Below, one piece after another: positions 23,455 to 34,804 of a stretch of DNA of 64,000 nucleotides (the stretch's first letter is position 1; the number at the start of each line of letters is the position of its first letter). The notes under the pieces are model-generated. The model did no database searches and was not told where the DNA came from. It worked only from the letters and a program-made list of their open reading frames with translations. A program made the position numbers and the translations under genes. The stretch covers positions 1 to 64,000 of the forward strand of contig CAWEHK010000018.1 in the NCBI GenBank assembly GCA_963808625.1. The letters run 5' to 3'. Origin of the DNA: an uncultured delta proteobacterium. GTDB taxonomy: Bacteria > Desulfobacterota > Syntrophobacteria > Syntrophobacterales > Syntrophobacteraceae.

Positions 23455-23649
23455 TGACCCAGGAGCATCATCCGCAGCCTTTCCCTTCCACGGCCTCTCG
23501 TTAACCAATTATGCTTTCATCAGTTATCCTTTGTGGGTTATTATTTTCACCTTAAGGAACTGTTGGATGTGCTGGCGTCAGGCGATCAAGAGCGACCGTT
23601 TTCGTCTTTGCCAACACATGTTGCCTGAAGATGCGGGAAGGAGCGAGTT

Positions 23650-24506
23650 GTGCTTTATATCTTGGCGACCTATCTGGGGGTGGGTCTTAATCGCCGGCAT
23701 CCTTGCCGGCCTCTTTGGCATCGGCGGCGGCTTGATCATTGTGCCCATGTTGGTCATCTGCCTTACGTGGCAGGGAATCCCCCAGGAATATATCATGCAC
23801 CTCGCTTTGGGGACTTCCATGGCGAGCATCATCTTCACTTCGGTCTCGAGCTTCTGGGCGCACCACAGGCGGGGGGCGGTGCAGTGGCTGGTGGTGCGGC
23901 GCATCGTACCGGGCATTCTGGTGGGCACCTTCCTCGGAACCTGTGTCGCTGCCCGTCTGTCAAGCAATTTTCTGAAGGTCTTTTTTGTGGTCTTTCTTTA
24001 CTATGTCGCTGTGCAAATGCTCATTGACAAGAAACCCAAACCGTCGCGGGAGCTCCCCGGACAGCTCGGCATGTTTGGCGTGGGGAATGTCATCGGCGTC
24101 AGTCTCCAGCCTCGTCGGCATCGGTGGCGGCACCCTTTCCGTACCCTTTATGATGTGGTGCAATCTAGCCGTCCACCATGCGATCGGGACTTCAGCCGCC
24201 ATCGGTTTCCCCATTGCCATTGCCGGAACGGTCGGCTACATCTTGAACGGGTTGCAGGCGTCAGGGCTGCCGGAATACTCCTTCGGCTATATCTATCTCC
24301 CGGCGCTGGTGGGCATCGTCGGCGCCAGCGTCTTCACGGCGCCACTGGGAGTGCAATTGGCCCACAGCCTCCCGGTTGCCAGGCTTAAACGACTCTTCGC
24401 CATCCTGCTTCTCCTCGTCGGAACGCGCATGCTGATCGGTGCTTACGATCATTGGGGCGAGCTTCTCGAAAATCCTCCACCATGTGATGGGCCGGGCAAG
24501 ACCTGA
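23650..24506 (+). CDS. TauE/SafE-family (TSUP) transporter, frameshifted
   Basis: AGLFGIGGGLIIVP, ALGTSMA, SSLVGIGGG, AIGTSAAIG, TAPLG. Confidence 0.88.
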
Positions 24507-24597
24507 TCGCTGAACTTCCCCAAGGCAAGCGAGCATCCTGCGGCATGGACCTTTGGATTTCCGGAGCGATACCCATGGGGGCTGGAACTGTTCTCTT

Positions 24598-24791
24598 TCA
24601 CCGCAGTCACTCATGTCCCTTCGGGACACCCGAAGACACATGAAAAACTGTACGGTGGCGACCAGACCGACTCGGTTTCCCAAACCGAGTCGGTCTGGAA
24701 GGTGGCCTGCCCACCATGATTTTCGGAGCAGAGACGAGGATGCAAAGAATTCGTTATCTTGGCGGTTCTCCTCTCTGCGCCTCTGCGGTGA
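24598..24791. repeat. Nested palindromic intergenic element
   Basis: Perfect 17-bp stem ccagaccgactcggttt/aaaccgagtcggtctgg (24662-24698) inside outer tcaccgcag/ctgcggtga. Confidence 0.65.
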
Positions 24792-24873
24792 GTTTTGAAG
24801 ACCGTCAAAACTAATGATATCATCCCAGATCAAGGATAATTCGCATCACCAGGAAGCCGTGAGAGGTAACCGC

Positions 24874-25504
24874 ATGTTTCAGGCGAAAAACTCATCGGGG
24901 GAGTTTCAATGCGTGGCTGCTGCATTTCCTGGAAACTCACATGGACAGGACATACGGTGACCGCAAACACGCGGTTTTCGAAGGCCTCCCTGCCCAGGTT
25001 GTGGAAATCGGCCCCGGCACGGGTGCGAATCTTCGCTATTATCCAAGGGGTACCGTGGTCATTGCCATTGAGCCCAATCCCATGATGTATCCCCGGCTCC
25101 GGGCGAATGCTGATCGCTATGGCATTGAGCTTGAGATTCGAGGCATCAAAGGCGAGGAACTGGATCTGACGAGTGGCAGCATGGAGGCCGTTGTCGGGAC
25201 GCTGGTTTTGTGCACCGTCGATGATCCGCAACGCGTCGTCTCGGAGGTCCTTCGGGTTCTCAAACCGGGCGGTCGCTATATTTTTCTCGAACACGTTGCC
25301 GCGCCGCGAGGGAGTGGTATGAGCAAGCTCCAGAGCTCACTCCATAAGCCCTGGCATTGGCTTTCCGAAGGGTGCAATCTGAATCGGGACACCCACAGCA
25401 TCCTGTGGACGGCAGGATTCTCGTCGATCGACATGAATTGTTTTATGCTAAAGCCCGGTTTTGTCCCGATCACTCCTCATATCTTCGGAATGGCGATCAA
25501 ATAG
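24874..25504 (+). CDS. Class I SAM-dependent methyltransferase (METTL7/YbaJ-like; 5' frameshift)
   Basis: VEIGPGTGAN, IEPNP, TLVLCTV, RVLKPGG, FLEHV, GCNLNRD. Confidence 0.88.
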
Positions 25505-25526
25505 CAGAGGAAATCGGAGAGCCGCT

Positions 25527-26820
25527 TCACTGTTCGGCCGGAGCATTGTAGTTCTGCCGATGATCCGAGATCCGGCGTTCGAACTGCTCGACCGCCCGCA
25601 GCAGGTCATTCTGGTCGATCTTCTTCCGGTCCTGCAGGAGGGCATTGAGGACCGCTTCTCTGACCACGAGACGAAGGTCGGACCCGGTGTAGCCCTCGGT
25701 AAGCTCAGCGAGCCTCGGGGCATCGACCTCGGCATCCATCCGGTCGAGAACCTTGTCGAGAATCTTGCACCGCATCTCGGTATCGGGCCGCGAGAACCCG
25801 AGGACCTTGTCGAACCGCCGCCAGGCCGCATAGTCCAACAACTGCGCATAATTGGTGGCGGCAATCAGGAGCACCCCGTCTTCCACCAGGCTCACCTCGT
25901 CAATGGCTTTCAGCAGGGTGTTGACCGCCCGCTTCAAAGCCCCGTGATCGTCGGAGCCCCGCGTCTTGGCAACGAAGTCGAACTCATCGATGAAGAGGAT
26001 GCAGGGACTCAGTTCCTTGGCCAGCAAGAAAACCTTGTCGATATTTTTGGAGGTCTCACCCAGGTAGTGGCTGGTGATCATGGAGAGCTTCACCTCGACG
26101 AGGGGCAGTCCAAACCACCTGGAGAGGGCCCGGGCTGACGAGGTTTTGCCCGTTCCCGGCGGCCCCACGAGGAGGAGCTTGCCAATCTCGTAGAGGCCTA
26201 TATCCTTGAGGTATTGCCGGTACTCGAGGGCCTTGCCTGCCTTCGCGATTTCCTCCCGCTGCTCCGTCGGTCAGAATCAGATCGTCGAGCTTGTCCCTGA
26301 CGTCCTCCGGGGCCTTTATGGTTGCCAGCTTGAGGAGGTCCTCCGCTTCTTTCTTGTCGGCGCAAAGCTTCCTGATTTTGGCCTCGATCAGTTCGCGGTC
26401 AGCGGAAAAAGGCTGGTTTTGCTCCCTGACCTCAGCATAGCTGACATTCATGGAGCCATCTTTTTCATAGAAATAAGCAAGCACAGGATTCGCCCTGATC
26501 AGATACAGGGGACGCTGACTCGCGAACCATTGCGCTCCCTCTTCGAAGTCCAGAAGGGTCAACTGGAAACCGATTTCATGAAAAACCACCAAGGGATTCT
26601 CTTCAATGAGCTGCCGGATACGATCCACGCCGGAAATTTTCTCCACCGCCTTGAGGGTCACGCGAAGAGGACGCTCGACCCCCTTGATCACGGGATCGAA
26701 GTAATACTTGCGTATTTTGGGCGGCAGGTCATCTTCGGTGAGATTCTCCGACCGATTGTAGATCTCGGCAGTGAGCAGCAATTCAAAGATTTCCAGCGTT
26801 TTCCGCTTCTCCGTACCCAT
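25527..26820 (-). CDS. AAA+ ATPase of a type familiar from Halobacteria/Methanomicrobia (frameshift ~26270)
   Basis: N-terminus ELLLTAEIYN..DDLPPKIR..GVERPL..NPVLA; GPPGTGKT, FIDEFD, AATN, AAWRRFD, GYTGSDL. Confidence 0.85.
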
Positions 26821-27019
26821 CTTTCAGACTCCGTAGCACTCAAGATTCGCAACAGCTCAAAAAGAAAGAGCCAATCCCTTTCAAACGCGGGAAACTTATT
26901 CTAGAAGACGCACAGTGTCAACGGAAAGGAGCCGTCCAAAAACAAAGCGTTTTCTTTCACCACGAAGAGCACGAAGAAAAGGAAGGACACGCAGTGATTT
27001 CTTCGTGGTGCTTTGAGGT

Positions 27020-27185
27020 TAGGACCCTTCATGGTTTGAGGACTCACAAGCTCAAAGGCGGACTCGCAGGATCTTGGGCTTGCAGCGCTGGATACAATTT
27101 GCGCATAGTCTTCAAGTTTGTGGACTACCAAGGAGCAAAAGCCATTCTCCTCGAAACGATATGAACGCATGAGGAAGTCTACTGA
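27020..27185 (+). pseudogene. Remnant of YafQ/RelE-like mRNA interferase toxin
   Basis: DPF..RTHKLKGGLAGSWACSAGYNLRIVFKF...ILLETI*THEEVY-stop; 5' end missing and in-frame stop. Confidence 0.75.
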
Positions 27186-27212
27186 TCTTGCTGGTTGTCT
27201 AAAAAGGAGCGA

Positions 27213-28076
27213 TCACGATTTCTGGAAGACCTGATGGCCCCAGAGCCACTCATCGCGCCACACCTCGACAAAACCGAGGGCAGCCAATCGGCTAAGGGTC
27301 GGATCAAAATCCTGCACAATATGGTGAGGGCGCTCTTCATCCACTTCCGAATGGAAGCGGCCAAACAAATATCCTCCAGGCTTCAAGCTTCGCCAAAGTT
27401 CATCGACGGTCTTCACGGGATCGACCAGGTGTTCGAAGACATCCATCGCGGCCAGGATATCGTAGGCATTGCTGGGAAGCCCGCCCTCCTTGAGGTCAAT
27501 GAATTGTGCCGACATGCCCCGCAGGTCGAAACGCCACTGACTGAAGCGCACCATGGCCGAACTGATATCCGCCAGGGTGACGTCCAGCCCGTGCCGGGCA
27601 AAGAGGATGCCACCGGAACCCACGCCCGCCCCGAAATCCAAATAGGACTTACATCCGTGCAGCTGGGCAAAGTGGAGCGCGGTGACATAAGCAAGCGGTG
27701 AGGTGTCCTCGCTCAGGGTGTGCCACCACATCAGTTCATAGATCATGGCCTCACTCTCGTCGTAGAATTGTTGAACTGACTGCTGATCAGTGCGATCAAC
27801 CGAGGAACCATGCCACTCGCCTTTGACATTGGACAGCGCGCACAGGCACCGGCGCTGAATTTCCGCCGGGTCCTCACATCCCGTATATGAGGCAAGTTCG
27901 GAGCACAGGCTTTCCTGCAGGGTCTCATGTTCATTGAGGATCAGCGCCTGCTCCCATAAGGTCCGGTATTCAGCAAGACAACGTTCCTGTTCCCGACTGA
28001 ATTCTTCCCGGGTGAGCCGTTTTTCATCGACCATCTGCCACAACTGCTTCAACTGGTCAGGCAACAATTTTTCCAT
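27213..28076 (-). CDS. Class I SAM-dependent methyltransferase
   Basis: YLDFGAGVG, LADIS, DVFEHLVDP, LKPGG. Confidence 0.85.
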   Translation of the reverse strand: MEKLLPDQLKQLWQMVDEKRLTREEFSREQERCLAEYRTLWEQALILNEHETLQESLCSELASYTGCEDPAEIQRRCLCALSNVKGEWHGSSVDRTDQQSVQQFYDESEAMIYELMWWHTLSEDTSPLAYVTALHFAQLHGCKSYLDFGAGVGSGGILFARHGLDVTLADISSAMVRFSQWRFDLRGMSAQFIDLKEGGLPSNAYDILAAMDVFEHLVDPVKTVDELWRSLKPGGYLFGRFHSEVDEERPHHIVQDFDPTLSRLAALGFVEVWRDEWLWGHQVFQKS

Positions 28077-28294
28077 TACTAGACCCTTCCGTCCTAAAAC
28101 ATTTTGATTGCGCAGGACCTCGCGACAAGATCCAGAGATCCTGAGATATGCGGTAGCATAAAGCACGGCAGAGGCTGCGCCGGCTATGGCTCATAGCACA
28201 AGATACAAGAGTTTCGGCCGGCAGGCCACAGTTTAGTGCTCAGGGTGGCAATATGGGACGAGGTCCTTTCGAGAAATCCGGAAAACGAAGGCGA

Positions 28295-28489
28295 CTAAAC
28301 AACGTGAAGCCACGCCATCGGGTCGAAACATCTGGTCCGGTTTTTGGCCAATGATTCACGGGTCTTTTCGCGGCTCGGTTCTTCCTCGCCTTCGCAGCAC
28401 AAATCCCCCAGCATGAACTCAAAGTCCTCATCAAGAACCGCAAAACCGTTCACCCTTACTCGATCTTCGTATTCAAGCGGCCGATTCAT
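28295..28489 (-). CDS. Small hypothetical protein
   Basis: 64 aa; strong RBS AAGGAGGT upstream. Confidence 0.6.
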   Translation of the reverse strand: MNRPLEYEDRVRVNGFAVLDEDFEFMLGDLCCEGEEEPSREKTRESLAKNRTRCFDPMAWLHVV

Positions 28490-28618
28490 GGTCTTACCTC
28501 CTTGCCTGGATCTGAGGGTGGATTAATTATCCATCAATCCACCTTGATTCGTTATTTTTCTATCACGAACCGGTTAAAGAAAGGTTAAGGGAGAAGGCAA
28601 ACCACAGTACAAAAGCCC

Positions 28619-31600
28619 CTATTCTTCATAAATGAGGACCCCCTGCGAGCTGCGGCCATCCACCTTGAGGGTCAGAGGACGCGCCAGGGATACGCGGGCC
28701 ACGAAAGGCCACTCGTCGCTTTTTGGCAGCGACATGAGCCACGGCCAATCAAGCCGGTCGCCCCTTTGCTCGTCTATCGTCAGATAGTTGATGCCCAGCG
28801 AGATGAGATTATGGAAGAAATGAGAACCCTGGGATGGTTTGGCATGCAATTTCGGGTGGGCTGTTTCGATGATGGCTGCCACCCCGGAGATATCGGCCCA
28901 ACTGACGGGGATGCCCAACCAGCGGTCAGCCGATCCCCAGCGTCCGGGTCCGATGAGAACGTACTTGCGCCCTTCTTTCTCGAGGGCCGCGTTCACCTGA
29001 CCGATCTGCCTGGCAATCTCCGGGGTCTGGCCGGGGTCGAAGGCATCCGGCTTAACGAAGACGATATCGCCGATTCCACTGTTGATCCTGTTGCCCAAAG
29101 CCTGCATGGAGATACAAAAAGCTTTACCCAGGTCTTCCTCCGTAATGGTGACGTCCGCCATGTCTTCCCGAGCGCTCATCGGGCGAAGCTGCAGGATGGC
29201 AAAGCGGGGCTTGGCTTTCTGACCGAAGCTCCAAGTCGACGCAGAACTCCAGCTCCACGGGGCAGGCCATGCCTTCCTGGCCAATCTTCAAGAGCTCCGC
29301 TAGCACTTCCGCCAGGGGAAAGAGGCCGTATTTCAGGATCTGCGCAAAGGTGACCACGCGATAGCCCGGAACATTGTCAGAATCCCGGATCGCATGATCA
29401 TCCTGGCTGTATACGCTGGTCAGGGCCTTCACTGGTTCCTCGTCCCAGGCATCCATGACTTCGCGTTTGGCCAGGGTGAGCGCATCGTTCACACCAAGAG
29501 GGCAAACCGGGTCTTCGAGTTTCAAGGCATAAAAAAACCGTTGCGCATTATCCAGGGTGTCCTTGACCGTGCAGCACTGAGCGAGCAGGTCCGGGTACTG
29601 GGGTGCAAAGCGTAAGGCTTTTTCGCCATCCATCACGGTTTTCCCCAGTCCCAGAGCGATGGTCGCAATGCCCTCTTCCGGTCTCATGCTTTGATAAGGG
29701 TAATAATTGTGAGACTGCGCAACGCCCGCTATCATCGGGTAGAAGTAATTCTTGTGCCGCCCGCCGATAAGTTTTTGCACGATCACCGCCATTTTTTCTT
29801 CTTCCGTGCGGTGCCCTACCCGCCTTGAAAAGGATTTAGGCCCTTGAAAATAGGTCGAAGCAAAAACCATCTTAATGGCATTGATCAGTTGTTCCAGCCG
29901 GCAGTCCAGGTCGGGATGATCGTTGGGTAGCATGTAGGTCTTGTAGAGACCGGCGTAGGCTCGAAACTGAGCATCCTCCAGGAGGCCCGACGAGCGCACT
30001 GCCAGGGGATAGGAAAATTGGGCCAGGAAACCGGCCAACTGCGCCTTGAAACGCTCGGGAAACTCCGCCTCCATAAAGCGCGCGGCGATGACTTCGTCCG
30101 GTAAGTCGGATTTCGCCAGCTCCTTGAGGCCGTTACCGTCCACGAAGGCGTCGAACACCTCCGTCGTGACCACCAGGGTCTGGGGAATGAAGATTTCCAC
30201 TGCCGCGAACCTCTGTTCGAGATCGGGCTGACGACGCAGGAGAGCGGATACGAAGGACAGGCCTCTCGCCTTGCCACCAAGCGAGCCCTTCCCAATCTTG
30301 AAAAACTCTGAATCCTCATCAAAGGCCCTGGGATCGAAATCGACCACCACACCCTTTTGCCGCCCCATGCGCCGTTGATGAATGACGGAAACGAGGAACC
30401 GGCGATGGCTGTCAACGTCTGAGAAATCATCCTCTCTGACGGGCCTCACCCGCGTGGCCAGCTCGATTTCCGACCGGGCAAACAACCATCTCGAGAAATC
30501 GTTCCGGTTGCAGTGATAGACAAAGGAATCATCCGGAAGACCTTGCAGTTTCTTCTCCAGCATTCTCAGGTTGGACGCCCGCCCAATTTCCTCGCCTGCC
30601 GGTGAACGAAAGATGAAGTCGCCGAAGCCGAGATGATTGAGAAAAAAGGAGCGCACATCGGACAGCAGGGTCGGGGAATTCTTGTCGACAAAGACGGCGG
30701 AGATCGTCTCTGCCTTGCATGCATTGCCTGCTTCGCTGCTCATCAACAGCATCGGAATATCAAACCGTTCGCTCTTGATGGCTTTCAGCAACTCAACTCC
30801 GGCATTTTCATCGAACTGGTTCCCGCGGGGAAAGCGGACATCGGAAATGACGCCCAAAACATAAGGTTGGAACTTTCGAAACAGCTTCATGGCCTGTTCA
30901 TAGGTATGGGCCAGCAGGATTTTGGGACGCGCACGCATCGCGAGGAGGCGATGTTCTTCATTGAGTCCCTCCTCCATGACCGCCTGGGTCTGGATGACCA
31001 GTTCACGATAGAAGACGGGCAACAAGGCAGATAGATACTCGGGCGAATCTTCCACAAAAATGATCACGCGGATGCTGGCCGACCGTGTGTCACGGGCCAC
31101 ATTGTCCTGATCCTCGGCATTCTTGATCATGGCAAGGAGAAGATCAGAGTTTCCGCTCCAGATGAAGACGCGGTTGTGGGCCGGCAGCGACGACTCCGGG
31201 GGAAGACCATACTCCTGCCCCGCCTCGAAGCGGTGGCACAGCAACATGATGGGCAGATGCGGAGCTTTTGCCCTGATCTTCTCGGCGATGGCCGAGGCAT
31301 TGGCATCCGCCACGCGAGGCATAATGATGACCATGTCAAAATGCTTGGTATCCAGCGCCGCCAGAGCGGCATCAGCGGAGGACACCCAGTTCAGGCGCGG
31401 GGGATTGCTCAGATTCAGTCCCTTGTATTCGTTGTTGATCGCCTCGGACAGGCGGCAGTCCTCCTCCATGACCCAGGCATCATAGGGCGTTGAGATCAAA
31501 AGAACCTCCCGCACCTTCCTGCTCATGAGTTCATGAAACAACTTGAAGCGCGGGTCGAATTGTTCCGCCAAATCGTCAAGTCCTGATGTCGTCATGCTCC

Positions 31601-31619
31601 CATACCTTCTCTCATGCAA
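28619..31619 (-). CDS. Receiver-like domains + PEP/pyruvate-binding (ATP-grasp) domain protein (frameshift ~29225)
   Basis: IFVEDSP, VISDVRFP, IGKGSLGGKARG, PLAVRSSGLLED, EEKMAVIVQ, ALGLGKTV, GPGRWGS, SQGSHFFHNL. Confidence 0.88.
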
Positions 31620-31982
31620 CGCGGAAAAATTCAGCGAACGTGGCCAGCTTTCCGGAAATGGTGCCCGCCGAGTTCACTGCCTTCGCTCGGGCGCTTTGGT
31701 TTTGTGTCCACAAGCATTGTACCATAGAATAAGCCCCCTTTTCGACCTTGTGCGTAACCATTCGTGCGCCACAGCAGAGAGCCATACCAACGCCTCGTCA
31801 AGTGAGTTTGCTCTTGAAGTCGATGCGCGAACCCCTCATAATTTGAAGGCTGCGACATTTCACCAAGATATCACTCAAACCGAAGCTTCGGGCTCGGTGG
31901 CCCGGCAAAACGTCATGATCGATTGGCTCGAAAACAGTGGTCAGTGGTTGGTGTTCAGTAGCCGGAGAATAAGGAGAGATTG

Positions 31983-34634
31983 ATGGAACAGCCGCAAAGG
32001 ACCGTTCTTTATGACCGTCACAAGGCCGCCGGAGCACAGATGGTGGAGTTTGGCGGGTGGGAAATGCCGCTCCAATACCCTTCCGGAGTGGTGGAGGAAC
32101 ATCTGGCCACGCGCCGGAGGGCAGGGATTTTTGATATTTCCCACATGGGTCGCTTCGTCGTCAGAGGCGCCAAGGCGGTCCCGTTCCTCCAGCATGTCCT
32201 GAGCAACAACGCGGAGGCTCTCGATCTGAGACCGACCGGGGCGCAGTACACGCTCATCCCTGATGAGACGGGAGGAGTGATCGACGACGCCTATCTTTAT
32301 CGGTTTGCCGAGAGCGAGTATCTGCTGGTGGTCAACGCCGCCAACCGCCGCAAGGATTGGGAGCATCTTCAGAGGCATCTCAAGGATTTCGACGGCGTGG
32401 AACTTAGCGACCGCACCCTGGAGATCGCCATGCTCGCCCTGCAGGGGCCCCTGACCCACCGGCTGATGGCGGAAGCGGTGCAGTCCGGCAGGCTCCCGGA
32501 GCCGGCCCGAAATGCGGCAGGGGTGGTGACGATTGCCGGGGCTCGGGTGATGGTCGGCCGCACCGGTTATACGGGCGAACCGCTCGCTCTTGAACTTTTC
32601 GCAGACCGGGACGATGCGGCCATGCTCTGGGACCTCTTTGTGACGAAGGGAGCGGCACCGGTCGGTTTGGGAGCGCGGGATACGCTGCGTTTGGAAGCGG
32701 CTTTGCCGCTTTATGGTCATGAATACGGCCAGGACCATGAGGGCCGGGAGATTCCCGCTTATGCCGTGCCCATCGCCAAGTTCGCGATCAGCTTTTCCCC
32801 GTTCAAGGGTGACTTTATCGGCCGAGACGCCCTGGCCAGGCAGTTTGCGGCCTTCTCTAAAATCGTCTTTCGCGACTATTCCGCCCTTGCCGACCTCCCG
32901 CACAGGATCCAACCGGTCGCGGTGACGGGCCGCGGTATTGCCCGAGCGGGGGCCAGGGTCTTTCGAGGTGACCTACACGTCGGTTATGTCACCAGCGGTA
33001 CGATGGTGCCATATTGGGTCTTCGAGGACAAAGGGCTCGTCTCGAAGCAGACCGGCGAGCACCGCCTGCGCTCGATCTGCCTCGCTCATATGGACAGTGA
33101 CCTTCTCGAAGACGACCGGCTCACCATCGATATTCGGGGCAAGCTCGTGGAAGCCGTCGTCGTGCCGTTCCATCTTCGTTCCGAGGCGCCCCCCTACGCC
33201 CGGCCCATTGTGTACGGCCACGAATTGCCGGCGAAAACGACGGCCGCAGCCACCGGCGGCGCCAAAGCCCTCCGCCTGCTGGATAAGACCGTCGAAAACT
33301 GGGAGTGGCGCCAGCGTGAGTGCATCAATCTGATCCCCTCGGAAATGACCATGTCGCCAATGGTCCGCATGCTCTCGGTGATGGACCCGGTGTTCCGTTA
33401 TGCCGAGCATAAAGAAACGAAAGCCTTCTACGATGCCGACATCTTCTATTATCAGGGGACCGATTTCATTGCCGAAGTAGAATGGCTCCTGGAGGAGGAG
33501 ATGCGGAAATTCCTCGGCTGCACTGAGGTCGAGATGCGCTTGATCAGCGGGCAGATGGCCAACACGACCGTGTTCAGCGCCATGCTCGACTACCTCAACC
33601 GCGCCGATCGCCGCCGGGAACCGCGACGCATTCGCCGCGTCATGAACAATTATATCGGTAAGGGCGGTCACCTCAGCGCCCAGCCGATGGGCGCCCTCAG
33701 GGACTTCGTCGCCCGCGATCCGACGACCGAACGCCCGGCCGTGGTGAACTTTCCCGTGCTCGAGGAGAATCCCTATCAGATTGATGTGCCCGCTACCCTC
33801 GAATTGATCGACATCTGTCGACCCGAACTGATCATTTTCGGGAAGAGCATGGTTATTCATCGCGAGCCCGTGGCTGAAATTCGCCGCTATCTCGACGCCA
33901 TGCCAATCGATGCCGTAGTGATGTATGACATGGCCCACGTTGTGGGGCTTGTCGGCCCCCATTTTCAACAACCTTTTCTCGAAGGGGCCGATCTGGTGAC
34001 GGCTTCAACTCATAAGACCTTCTTCGGCACCCAGCGGGGGGTGGTGGGAAGCCGCTATCAGGAGCATGAAGAACGCTTTGAGCTGTGGGAGGCTATTCGC
34101 CGTCGGGCCTTTCCCGGCGCCGTGTCCAACCATCACCTGGGCACCCTCCTCGGGCTGCTCATGGCTGCCTACGAAATGAACCACTTCAAGAACGAATACC
34201 AGCCGCGCGTCGTGGCGAACGCCAAAGCCTTCGCTCGGGCGCTCAAGGAATGCGGCTTCGAGGTGGCCGGCGATCCGCGTATCGGCTACACCGAAACCCA
34301 TCAGGTGATCGTGAGTGTCGGCTACGCCCAGGGTCCGGAAATGGCGCAGCGGCTGGAAGCTAACAACATCATTTGCAATTTCCAGGCAACCCCGGATGAT
34401 GAGGGTTTCTCTGCCGCCGGGGCGATTCGGCTGGGGGTGTCGGAAATGACCCGTTTCGGCATGGAAGAAGACGACTTTCGCGCCCTGGCGCTCTTGATGA
34501 AGGAAGTCGTGATGGAAGGCGCCGCCGTGGTGAGTGAGGTCAAAACATTGCGTGAGCGATTCGGTGAATTGCGCTTCTGCTTCCGCGGCGACGACTTCGC
34601 GCCCCTCATGCAGAAGCTGCACGAGTTCCTCTAG
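31983..34634 (+). CDS. gcvT-glyA: Fused glycine cleavage T protein (aminomethyltransferase) + serine hydroxymethyltransferase
   Basis: GcvT: FGGWEMPLQY, FDISHMG, RTGYTGE, GLGARDTLRLEA. SHMT: INLIPSE, SGQMAN, GGHLS, YDMAH, STHKTFFG, FPGAVSNHH. One continuous frame. Confidence 0.95.
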   Translation: MEQPQRTVLYDRHKAAGAQMVEFGGWEMPLQYPSGVVEEHLATRRRAGIFDISHMGRFVVRGAKAVPFLQHVLSNNAEALDLRPTGAQYTLIPDETGGVIDDAYLYRFAESEYLLVVNAANRRKDWEHLQRHLKDFDGVELSDRTLEIAMLALQGPLTHRLMAEAVQSGRLPEPARNAAGVVTIAGARVMVGRTGYTGEPLALELFADRDDAAMLWDLFVTKGAAPVGLGARDTLRLEAALPLYGHEYGQDHEGREIPAYAVPIAKFAISFSPFKGDFIGRDALARQFAAFSKIVFRDYSALADLPHRIQPVAVTGRGIARAGARVFRGDLHVGYVTSGTMVPYWVFEDKGLVSKQTGEHRLRSICLAHMDSDLLEDDRLTIDIRGKLVEAVVVPFHLRSEAPPYARPIVYGHELPAKTTAAATGGAKALRLLDKTVENWEWRQRECINLIPSEMTMSPMVRMLSVMDPVFRYAEHKETKAFYDADIFYYQGTDFIAEVEWLLEEEMRKFLGCTEVEMRLISGQMANTTVFSAMLDYLNRADRRREPRRIRRVMNNYIGKGGHLSAQPMGALRDFVARDPTTERPAVVNFPVLEENPYQIDVPATLELIDICRPELIIFGKSMVIHREPVAEIRRYLDAMPIDAVVMYDMAHVVGLVGPHFQQPFLEGADLVTASTHKTFFGTQRGVVGSRYQEHEERFELWEAIRRRAFPGAVSNHHLGTLLGLLMAAYEMNHFKNEYQPRVVANAKAFARALKECGFEVAGDPRIGYTETHQVIVSVGYAQGPEMAQRLEANNIICNFQATPDDEGFSAAGAIRLGVSEMTRFGMEEDDFRALALLMKEVVMEGAAVVSEVKTLRERFGELRFCFRGDDFAPLMQKLHEFL

Positions 34635-34784
34635 CACACGTCGGCGTAAGTTTCTGCTCGGGTCCGGTGGGCACAAAAAGACGTGCCCACCCTACACTCT
34701 GCCTCAGGGCTTCAAACATCGTAGGGTGGGCACAGCTCTATCGTGCCCACCAACACCCCACGAATTTTCGCCCAGGTGTACTGG
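34631..34784. repeat. MITE/REPIN-like element containing two inverted GTAGGGTGGGCAC REP units
   Basis: ctagcacac...gtgtactgg ends; ggtgggcac..gtgcccaccctac / gtagggtgggcac..gtgcccacc; homologous copy at 59447-59590. Confidence 0.8.
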
Positions 34785-34804
34785 GGTGATATTTCGGCTA
34801 CCCC

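Noticed and set aside
31620..31982. Possible glycine riboswitch upstream of gcvT-glyA
   Set aside because: The GGAGA...CCGAAG...CTCAGG aptamer architecture could not be assembled from the sequence.
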